Under the pieces are notes generated by a model. It saw only the letters and a program-made list of their open reading frames with translations, made no database searches and was not told the origin of the DNA. From NCBI GenBank assembly GCA_017609625.1, contig JAFCDN010000004.1, positions 948-64,947 on the forward strand: 64,000 bases of DNA, written 5' to 3'. The position numbers and the translations under genes were made by a program. The stretch is from Candidatus Iainarchaeum sp. Its GTDB lineage: Archaea; Iainarchaeota; Iainarchaeia; Iainarchaeales; 1-14-0-10-31-34. This document shows positions 48,009-55,101 of this stretch, one piece after another (position 1 is the first letter of the stretch; every line of letters starts with the position of its first letter).

Positions 48009-49528
48009 TTTTTCAGCCTCTTAATTACTCCTTTTGTTGCATCAACCTCTACTTTTTCGCTGTCTTTTAGGATTTTTGTTGCAACTTTTGTGCCAATAAC
48101 ACAAGGAATATTCAATTCACGAGAAACAATTGCCGCATGGCATGTAATTCCCCCTATATCAGTTATTATTGCCCCTGCTTTTTTCATTGCTGGAACCAAA
48201 TTCGGATTGGTTGAATGAGAAACCATTACATCTCCTTGATTCATCTTAAAGATTTCGTTTGGATGGTTTACTACTTTCACTCTGCCTTTAACAAAGCCAG
48301 GAACTGCAGTGCTTCCAAACAATTTGTTTGTTTTTTTTATTTTTATTGACTTGAAAACTTTATTGAAAAAAGCTCTTGCTTTTTTTCCTGACAAAATTTC
48401 TTCTTTTTTATTAATCCATTTAACTATAACAAAATCTATTCTGCTGTTCAACTCTTTTTCAGAAAAATTTTTGTAAAGTAAAGCAGGCTTTAATTCTTCT
48501 GGAAGAAAAAATCTTGCCTGAGTTAAAGAAAGATGCAGTCTTCTTCCAATTTCCCTAAAAAGTTTTTCTGAGACAAAACAGGAAAAATACATTGCATCTT
48601 TTCTATAGGCTTTCAAGTAAACTGAATCAGACAATATTTTGAAGTAAAGTTTTTCTTTTTCAGCTAAAGGCAGTTTTTTCATGAAATTCTTTTTTTTCTT
48701 TATTAAGCTTTTTGGCTCTCCTTTCCTTAATTTTATTTCTTCTTTTGTTAAGTATTGTTTTGCCATAGAAGACAAAATTTCAATAAAATAAGCTTTATTC
48801 CACGCAGGGCCTTCATACATAAAAGGCAGCCACAGCCATTTATTATAGTGCTTGTTTAATTTTTTTGAAAAAACAGGAAAATTTGAAAGTTGTTTTTCTA
48901 TTTCTTTTTCTGATTTCTTTCTGAACAAATTAAATAAGTTTGGTTTTGAAAGCAGTTCTAAATACAGATTAAAAATTTCTTTTTCCTGTTTTTGCATATT
49001 GGAGAGTTTTTCAGGAGTTGAAACCAAAGAAAAAGCTTCTGCAAGAGATTCATTTAAATCATATCTTTCAATTTTTTTCTTTAAAACTGACTGAATGAAC
49101 TTAGTGTACAATTCATTTTCCCATTCAGTTAACTGCAAAACATGCCCTCCATTGCTGTGCGAAAGAGCATAACTTTTAATGTATTCTGCAGCCAAATCTG
49201 CAAGTTTTTTGTCTGAAATTTTTTTCAGGTTTGTTTTAAGGATTTTCTGGGAAACTTTTTTGTATTTTCTTGCAAACTTCAGCAGATTCTTGTGTTCTTC
49301 TTCAACTAGTTCAGGGTTTTTTACTATTTTTTTTATTAAGCTTTTCGCGGCTTTATCAAATTGTTTTCTGTCAAACAAAATTTCAGTATTTTTTGAATGA
49401 AAAGAACATGCTCCGTCAATTCTTATCCCGTACTTTTCTTTTAATTCAACACAAACATATCTCTGAAATGCAAGCATGTGAGCAGGATGAAGTTTTCTGA
49501 TGGATTCCATTGAAAACCATCTGCTCAT
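48005..49528 (-). CDS. PEP-utilizer swivel (phospho-His) domain protein, paralog 2
   Basis: GGITCHAAIVSRELNIPC. Confidence 0.88.
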   Translation of the reverse strand: MSRWFSMESIRKLHPAHMLAFQRYVCVELKEKYGIRIDGACSFHSKNTEILFDRKQFDKAAKSLIKKIVKNPELVEEEHKNLLKFARKYKKVSQKILKTNLKKISDKKLADLAAEYIKSYALSHSNGGHVLQLTEWENELYTKFIQSVLKKKIERYDLNESLAEAFSLVSTPEKLSNMQKQEKEIFNLYLELLSKPNLFNLFRKKSEKEIEKQLSNFPVFSKKLNKHYNKWLWLPFMYEGPAWNKAYFIEILSSMAKQYLTKEEIKLRKGEPKSLIKKKKNFMKKLPLAEKEKLYFKILSDSVYLKAYRKDAMYFSCFVSEKLFREIGRRLHLSLTQARFFLPEELKPALLYKNFSEKELNSRIDFVIVKWINKKEEILSGKKARAFFNKVFKSIKIKKTNKLFGSTAVPGFVKGRVKVVNHPNEIFKMNQGDVMVSHSTNPNLVPAMKKAGAIITDIGGITCHAAIVSRELNIPCVIGTKVATKILKDSEKVEVDATKGVIKRLKK

Positions 49529-51012
49529 GCTTTCACCTTTCTTATAATTCCTTTTCCTGCGTCTATTTCAATTAGTTCATTATTCTTTAAAACTCTTGTA
49601 GCAATTTTGGTTCCAATCACACACGGCTTTTTAAATTCCCTGCTCATTATTGCAGCATGAGAAAGCATTCCTCCTTCGTCAGTTATTATTGCAACAGCTT
49701 TTTTCATTGCAGGAACAAACTGAGGCAAAGTAGTTCCTGCAACTAAAACATAGCCTTTTGGGAAGGAAGGTAAATCATTCATTGAATTAACTAACTTAAC
49801 TTTTCCTTTAACTTTTCCAGGAAAACCTGTTTCTCCTTGAATCTCAATCATTTCCTGGATTTTTTTCAATTCAGCCAAATAAGGTTCAGAATATTCTTTC
49901 AGTTCTCTTCCAACCAAAACCCTGACTTTTCCTTTCTCAAAAATTAATGCATGACCTTCTTCTCTTGCATTTATTTCATCCAAATGTTTTTTAGTTAAAG
50001 GTTTTTCAAAAAGAGAAAGAAGCTCTTTATTCTGCATTTCAACTATTTGGTTAAAGGAAAGAGAAAATCTTTTTGCTGTTTCAATCATAAAAGGTCTCAT
50101 CTTAAAGGCAACAAAAGAATAGTATTCATCACAAAGAGTTGAAGCATATAAAGCAAAACGAATATTCTTTATTTTTTGTTTTTCTTTTTCTGAAAGATTC
50201 AGCTTAAGCACCATTTCTTTTACTTGTTCTCTGTTTCTCTTGAAACGGTTCTTTTCTTCAAAAAGCTCTTTTTCCAACTTTGAAACTGGTTTTCTGATCA
50301 GCTTTTCCATTTTTTTTTCAAAATCTTTTTCGGTTAAAGGCTCGCCGTCATACATGTACACTCCAAAAAAACCAAATTTTCCAGCATGCTTTTTCAGTTC
50401 TTTGTTAAACAATCCTTTGCTTAATCCTTTCCTCTTTTTTACAGCGATTTTAAGCAAATTAATTTTCTCTTTATGCATTTCAATAGGTTTATACAAACTC
50501 AGTATTGTTTCCATATAATTGTTTAATTTTTTAGGGTTGCTGACTTTTTCTTTCAGAAAAGCAATTATTTCTTGAGGGTAATATTCCTGCAAAACTCTGT
50601 AATCATAAGTAAAGGCAAAAACCTTCACATATAAATCAAAATACTTTTTAAACAGACTTTTAAGTTCTTTATTTGATTTTTTCTCTAGATTCATTCTGTT
50701 TAGCTTTTCAGAAAACTTTTTTGCTTTAATGAATTCATTAAACCAGGACTGCATCCAAGGAATAATTTTGTCTTCATTTTTTTTGCACATTTGAATATAA
50801 TTTTTCCAGTCTTCTGTGGAAACTCCCCTTCCACCAAAAGCCTGTCTGTAAGTTTTTATTTTAGTTTTTTTGTCATGGAATTCAGTGAAATGGTCTTTTA
50901 GTCCGTAAGCAACTGCATCCACAACCAAAATATTAACAGGTTTTCCTTTTCTGCTGAACTCTATCCAATCCATAATTAAACCTTTTTTGGCTTTGCTTTT
51001 TTTTGGATTCAT
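49525..51012 (-). CDS. PEP-utilizer swivel (phospho-His) domain protein, paralog 1
   Basis: GGMLSHAAIMSREFKKPC. Confidence 0.88.
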   Translation of the reverse strand: MNPKKSKAKKGLIMDWIEFSRKGKPVNILVVDAVAYGLKDHFTEFHDKKTKIKTYRQAFGGRGVSTEDWKNYIQMCKKNEDKIIPWMQSWFNEFIKAKKFSEKLNRMNLEKKSNKELKSLFKKYFDLYVKVFAFTYDYRVLQEYYPQEIIAFLKEKVSNPKKLNNYMETILSLYKPIEMHKEKINLLKIAVKKRKGLSKGLFNKELKKHAGKFGFFGVYMYDGEPLTEKDFEKKMEKLIRKPVSKLEKELFEEKNRFKRNREQVKEMVLKLNLSEKEKQKIKNIRFALYASTLCDEYYSFVAFKMRPFMIETAKRFSLSFNQIVEMQNKELLSLFEKPLTKKHLDEINAREEGHALIFEKGKVRVLVGRELKEYSEPYLAELKKIQEMIEIQGETGFPGKVKGKVKLVNSMNDLPSFPKGYVLVAGTTLPQFVPAMKKAVAIITDEGGMLSHAAIMSREFKKPCVIGTKIATRVLKNNELIEIDAGKGIIRKVKA

Positions 51013-51066
51013 TCCACTGTATATGGAAATTCAAATAAATAAAGCTTGCCTTTTGAAAGGCAAACT

Positions 51067-51453
51067 TTAGATTCCGCCTCTGACACCTTTTAATCTGCAC
51101 CAAGGCATCTTAGGGCCAACAATAACCGGATCCTGTTTTTTTGGATCCATTATTACAACGTTTTTTCTTGCGTATTTATTCCATCTGCTCCAGCTCTTTA
51201 AATAATTAAAATGAGTTCTGATCATAAAAAAGAAAAGCAAACCAGCAACAATAACTAAAGCATTATTGAATAAAGACTGCCATAAGAAAAGCAAAAAAAC
51301 AAGAGTAAAAATCCAGAACATAATCCAGTAATAAAGTTCAGAGGTTTTATGGGAAAAATATTTTCTTCCAACTTCATCTCTTTTTTCTCTAGGCAAAGTT
51401 TTAGGGTCAATATTCATGTCAGTTGCATGACCTCTAATCATTTTCAAACTCAT
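51067..51453 (-). CDS. Small 2-TM membrane protein
   Basis: Two TM helices; NIDPKTLPREKRDEVGRKYF resembles neighbour; GGAGGTGA SD. Confidence 0.7.
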   Translation of the reverse strand: MSLKMIRGHATDMNIDPKTLPREKRDEVGRKYFSHKTSELYYWIMFWIFTLVFLLFLWQSLFNNALVIVAGLLFFFMIRTHFNYLKSWSRWNKYARKNVVIMDPKKQDPVIVGPKMPWCRLKGVRGGI

Positions 51454-51478
51454 AATTTCACCTCCAAAACTCTGCTAG

Positions 51479-51820
51479 TCAGTTTCTTCCTCCGACTCCG
51501 TCTACTCTTGTAACAAACTTTGACTCCCAAATCTGCTTGTCATCCAGCTTGTCTCCATAATCAAACTGGGCTTTTAAAGTTAAAGGCAGTAAAGGAACCA
51601 AAAACAACAAAAACAACGGATTAAATAAAATACTTGAAACAACAACAACTCCATCCAAACCCATAAAAGCAAAATATTTTCCTTTCAATGATTCAACTAA
51701 AAAAAACCAGTCAAAGTATTCTTTTACAATTCTTTTTCTGGTTTTATATTCCAAATCTTTAGGGTTAACTGTAACCTCAAAATTTTCAGATTCAATTAAT
51801 CTTAAAGGAACTTCTTTCAT
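51479..51820 (-). CDS. Small 2-TM membrane protein, probable paralog of 51067-51453
   Basis: TVNPKDLEYKTRKRIVKEYF then hydrophobic hairpin. Confidence 0.7.
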   Translation of the reverse strand: MKEVPLRLIESENFEVTVNPKDLEYKTRKRIVKEYFDWFFLVESLKGKYFAFMGLDGVVVVSSILFNPLFLLFLVPLLPLTLKAQFDYGDKLDDKQIWESKFVTRVDGVGGRN

Positions 51821-51879
51821 ACTCCCACCAAAAACTCCCTTTTATACATAATAGCGCAGGCAGGCTTAAAAGAAATTTA

Positions 51880-51932
51880 CCCGATTTATAACGGGTTTAA
51901 AACCAGTGCAAAAAGCCGTTATATAACGGCTT
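51880..51932. promoter_or_regulatory. Two related palindromes (CCG-TTATATAA-CGG type), candidate operators upstream of the dikinase-like operon
   Basis: ACCCGATTTATAACGGGT at 51880 and AGCCGTTATATAACGGCT at 51915, just upstream of a TTTTAAG TATA-like box on the minus strand. Confidence 0.55.
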
Positions 51933-51948
51933 TCGCCAGTTTTGGTTG

Positions 51949-52057
51949 GCAGGTACTAGACACCACGCTTTGCATGGGGCTAGCACGGCTGAAAGCCGTC
52001 ACCGTTACACCCACACGGAAGCGGGTCATGCGTCGGTACTCGCGCTCAAAAGCGCGA
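51949..52057. repeat. GC-rich REP-like hairpin array
   Basis: CCACGCTTTGCATGG, ACGGC-TGAAA-GCCGT, CGCGCT-CAAA-AGCGCG. Confidence 0.6.
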
Positions 52058-52068
52058 TGATAAAACTA

Positions 52069-52734
52069 TTACCTTCCAAACGTGTTTTCCAGAATAAAAG
52101 GCATTAATTTTTCTTCTGCTTTTCTTAAGTGCTCCTGAAAGGTTGAAGGAGATACTTTCATTGTTTTGCTAAGTCTTTCTATGTTTGTTTTTCTTGGATA
52201 TTCATAATAGCCTTGTTGATAGGCTATTGAAACAGCGTTTTTTTGCTTTTCTGTGAGCTTTGGCATTAAATGAGGCAGGTAGATATCTGTTACTTTGTCT
52301 TTTTTTATGCTGAAATCATATATCTTTAGCCATTTCTTTACTTTTTTCATGAAATTTGTAAGGTTTTTTTTGTCCCAAGAACCAAACTCTATATACTCAT
52401 AGCCGTCTGGTTTTACTGTAACCGGCTTAATGAAAAAAATCTCTGGAGTGAAATACATCTGCAAATGAGTTTCTTTTACAGGAGCTTCATAAGCATAAAC
52501 TACAAAATCTCCTTCTATTTCTACGTTTTTGTATTTGGGTTGTTTTTTTACAAATTGAAAGTATTTTTCTTTTCCTTTTTTGTCTCCAATCACTAAATGC
52601 CCTGCAGTTAAGTGAACTGTTTTTTCATCTATAACAGTATTTAACGGAAAAGCTAAAATCGTTACATTAAATTTTTTGGCTGCCTCTATTGCTAAAGAGT
52701 TCTTATGCCAGAACTTCATTTTTGCTACCCACAT
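52069..52734 (-). CDS. HTH-10 (Bat-type) transcriptional regulator
   Basis: LTEKQKNAVSIAYQQGYYEYPRK...LSKTMKVSPSTFQEHLRKAE. Confidence 0.9.
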   Translation of the reverse strand: MWVAKMKFWHKNSLAIEAAKKFNVTILAFPLNTVIDEKTVHLTAGHLVIGDKKGKEKYFQFVKKQPKYKNVEIEGDFVVYAYEAPVKETHLQMYFTPEIFFIKPVTVKPDGYEYIEFGSWDKKNLTNFMKKVKKWLKIYDFSIKKDKVTDIYLPHLMPKLTEKQKNAVSIAYQQGYYEYPRKTNIERLSKTMKVSPSTFQEHLRKAEEKLMPFILENTFGR

Positions 52735-52785
52735 GAAGAATAAATAGTGCTTTGGAAAATAAAAGGCTTTTGTTAAAGAGGATTA

Positions 52786-53328
52786 TTACTGTCCTCGTCT
52801 GATTCTATTGCGAGTGGATTCCAACTCGTCCAAAGACATTATACCACAGTCTGGAAACTTAAATCTAGCATAGTTATGATACTTTGTAGCATAAATTATT
52901 TGGGCATGAACATTGTGCCTAAGCATTTCTTCTGTTTCTCCTAAAACTCCTTTTGAGCCAACCAATATCATGCGTGCATCCATGCAAAGAGAGTTTAATC
53001 TTTGCATAGTGAGATTTACTTTTTTTATTTGTGCAGGAGACGGAGGTTTGTCACTTTTAAAAATAGCTTTAAACTGGGCATTAAGCTTTGGACCTACAAT
53101 AAGAATTACCTTAAATTTCCTGATAAAATCTCTTTTAGGAATAAAAGTAGGAGAATAAAATGGTTTCTTTGCAGTTTTCTTTCTTGCAGTTTTCTTTCTT
53201 GCAGTTTTCTTTCTTGCAGTTTTCTTTCTTGCAGTTTTCTTTCTTGCAGTTTTCTTTCTTGCAGTTTTCTTTCTTGCAGTTTTTTTCTTTGCAGTTTTTC
53301 GTACAAGTATTTTTTTTGACCCAGGCAT
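52786..53328 (-). CDS. Basic protein with histone H1/Hc2-like KKTAR pentapeptide repeats
   Basis: (KKTAR)n N-terminus plus ~120 aa unique domain. Confidence 0.65.
   Translation of the reverse strand: MPGSKKILVRKTAKKKTARKKTARKKTARKKTARKKTARKKTARKKTARKKTAKKPFYSPTFIPKRDFIRKFKVILIVGPKLNAQFKAIFKSDKPPSPAQIKKVNLTMQRLNSLCMDARMILVGSKGVLGETEEMLRHNVHAQIIYATKYHNYARFKFPDCGIMSLDELESTRNRIRRGQ
53171..53299. repeat. 15-bp tandem repeat GCAGTTTTCTTTCTT (7 perfect + 2 variant copies)
   Basis: Direct reading; encodes KKTAR on minus strand. Confidence 0.95.
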
Positions 53329-53390
53329 AGATATTCTATAGAACCATCAAGCTTTTAAATTTCGGTTGCCTAATAGAAAAGGGAAAAGAA

Positions 53391-53720
53391 ATGAGCGAAG
53401 TTTTGTTAGGTTATGTTCCATGCAAAAATAAAAAGCAGGCAGAAAAGATTGCAAATGCATTGCTTGAAAGAAGACTGATTGCTTGCGCAAATATTGTTCC
53501 AGCAGTAAATTCCTGCTACAGATGGGAAGGGGAAATCTGCAGCGAAGAAGAATCATTATTGCTGGTTAAAACAATTAAATCAAAAAGAAAGTTAGTGGAA
53601 AAAGTAGTGAAAAGAGAACACTCATACAAAATTCCTTGCATTGGCTTTTTGAAGTTTGAAGACATAAACAAAGAATATGAATTATGGGTAAAAAAAGAAA
53701 CAGTAAGGGGATTAATGTGA
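53391..53720 (+). CDS. cutA: Divalent-cation tolerance protein CutA
   Basis: LIACANI...SCYRWEG...EE...VKT...HSYKIPCI. Confidence 0.93.
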   Translation: MSEVLLGYVPCKNKKQAEKIANALLERRLIACANIVPAVNSCYRWEGEICSEEESLLLVKTIKSKRKLVEKVVKREHSYKIPCIGFLKFEDINKEYELWVKKETVRGLM

Positions 53721-55096
53721 AAGACTTGGATTATTTTTTCTATCCAAAAAGTGTTGCAGTAATCGGCGCTTCAGGAAAAAAAAATAAAATAGGAAATGTG
53801 ATAATGCAGAATATGGTTAAAGCAGGGTATAAAGGAAAACTGATTCCGGTTAATCTGCATGAAAAAAAAATCCTTGGAAGAAAATGTTTTTCTTCTATAA
53901 AGAAGGCGCCGAAAACTGATATGGCTATTATTGCTATTCCTGCAAGGTTTGTTCCAAAAACAATAATTGAATGCGCTAAAGCAAAAGTAAAAGCAGTAAT
54001 AATTGTTTCAGCTGGATTTAATGAAGTTGGAAACACTGCAATAACAAAAGAATTGTTTCAGGCAATGCAAAAATATCCAGAGATGAGAGTATTAGGGCCA
54101 AACTGCCTTGGAGTATTGCACGTAAAACAAGGAGTAGACACAATGTTTTTGCCAAGAGAAAGGCTTGGAAGAACACCAGATGGGAGGATTTCTTTTGCAA
54201 GCCAATCAGGCGCAGTTGGAAGCACTTTGATTGACTGGGCCGCAATGAAATTTTATGGGATAAACAAATTCATTTCTTTTGGAAATGCACTGGATATAAC
54301 AGTAACAGATTTACTTGAATATTTGAATAAAGATGAAAAAACCAAAGTAATTTGTTTGTATATTGAAGGATTAGAAGAAGGACGGACTTTTTTGGAAACC
54401 GCAAAAAAAGTCAGCAAAACAACTCCAATTGTAGTGTTAAAAGGAGGCACAACAGAACCAGGAAAAAAAGCAGCAGTATCGCATACTGGAAGTATTGCAG
54501 GAGAAGCAAGAGTAATAAAAGCTGCATTCAAACAGGGCCATATGATTGAAGCAAAAACTTTTGAGCATTTATTTAATTTTGCAAGAGTGCTTTCAAACGA
54601 ACCTTTAACAAAAGGAAAAAAAGTGCAGATAATAACTGACGGAGGAGGCTATGCAGTTTTAGCAGCAGACACTGTAATCAAAAGCGGGTTAGAACTTGCA
54701 AGAATGAGCAAAAAAAGTTTTAATAAACTCAGAAAAGTAGTTCCGCCTCACGCAGAACTAAAAGAAGTAATTGATTTAACCGGAGACGCAACAAAAGAAA
54801 TGTATAAAGTTGCAACACAAGCTGCTCTTAAAGACAAAAATGTTGACATGATTTTATTGATTGTATTATTCCCGCCTCCGTTATTAGAGAAAGAAGTTGT
54901 ATATGAAATAATTAAACTGCATAAAAAACAAAAAAAACCAATTATTGTTGTTTCTGCAAGCGGACATTATACTGAAGAACAGAAAAGTATTCTGGAAAAA
55001 GAATTTGTCCCGACATTTACTTTTCCAGAAGATGCAGCAGAAGCTTTGAAGGCATTATATGATTATTCTTTGTTCAGGGGAAAAATTAAGAGGTGA
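53717..55096 (+). CDS. acdA: Acetate--CoA ligase (ADP-forming) alpha subunit
   Basis: PKSVAVIGAS, LGPNCLG, SQSGA, SHTGS phospho-His; probable GTG start 53717. Confidence 0.88.
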   Translation: MKDLDYFFYPKSVAVIGASGKKNKIGNVIMQNMVKAGYKGKLIPVNLHEKKILGRKCFSSIKKAPKTDMAIIAIPARFVPKTIIECAKAKVKAVIIVSAGFNEVGNTAITKELFQAMQKYPEMRVLGPNCLGVLHVKQGVDTMFLPRERLGRTPDGRISFASQSGAVGSTLIDWAAMKFYGINKFISFGNALDITVTDLLEYLNKDEKTKVICLYIEGLEEGRTFLETAKKVSKTTPIVVLKGGTTEPGKKAAVSHTGSIAGEARVIKAAFKQGHMIEAKTFEHLFNFARVLSNEPLTKGKKVQIITDGGGYAVLAADTVIKSGLELARMSKKSFNKLRKVVPPHAELKEVIDLTGDATKEMYKVATQAALKDKNVDMILLIVLFPPPLLEKEVVYEIIKLHKKQKKPIIVVSASGHYTEEQKSILEKEFVPTFTFPEDAAEALKALYDYSLFRGKIKR

Positions 55097-55101
55097 ATTA
55101 A

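Noticed and set aside
42589-51012. Annotation as phosphoenolpyruvate synthase / PPDK / PTS enzyme I
   Set aside because: No C-terminal PEP/pyruvate-binding barrel in any gene; the His domain is C-terminal, as in Rph-type enzymes.
51935-52060. SRP RNA or RNase P RNA in the GC-rich intergenic stretch
   Set aside because: Too short and lacks the SRP helix-8 and RNase P P4 (GAGGAAAGUCC) signatures on either strand; better explained as a hairpin array. An Rfam search would settle it.
53171-53299. Possible CRISPR array
   Set aside because: Contiguous 15-bp units with no spacers; a coding VNTR. No cas genes in the window.
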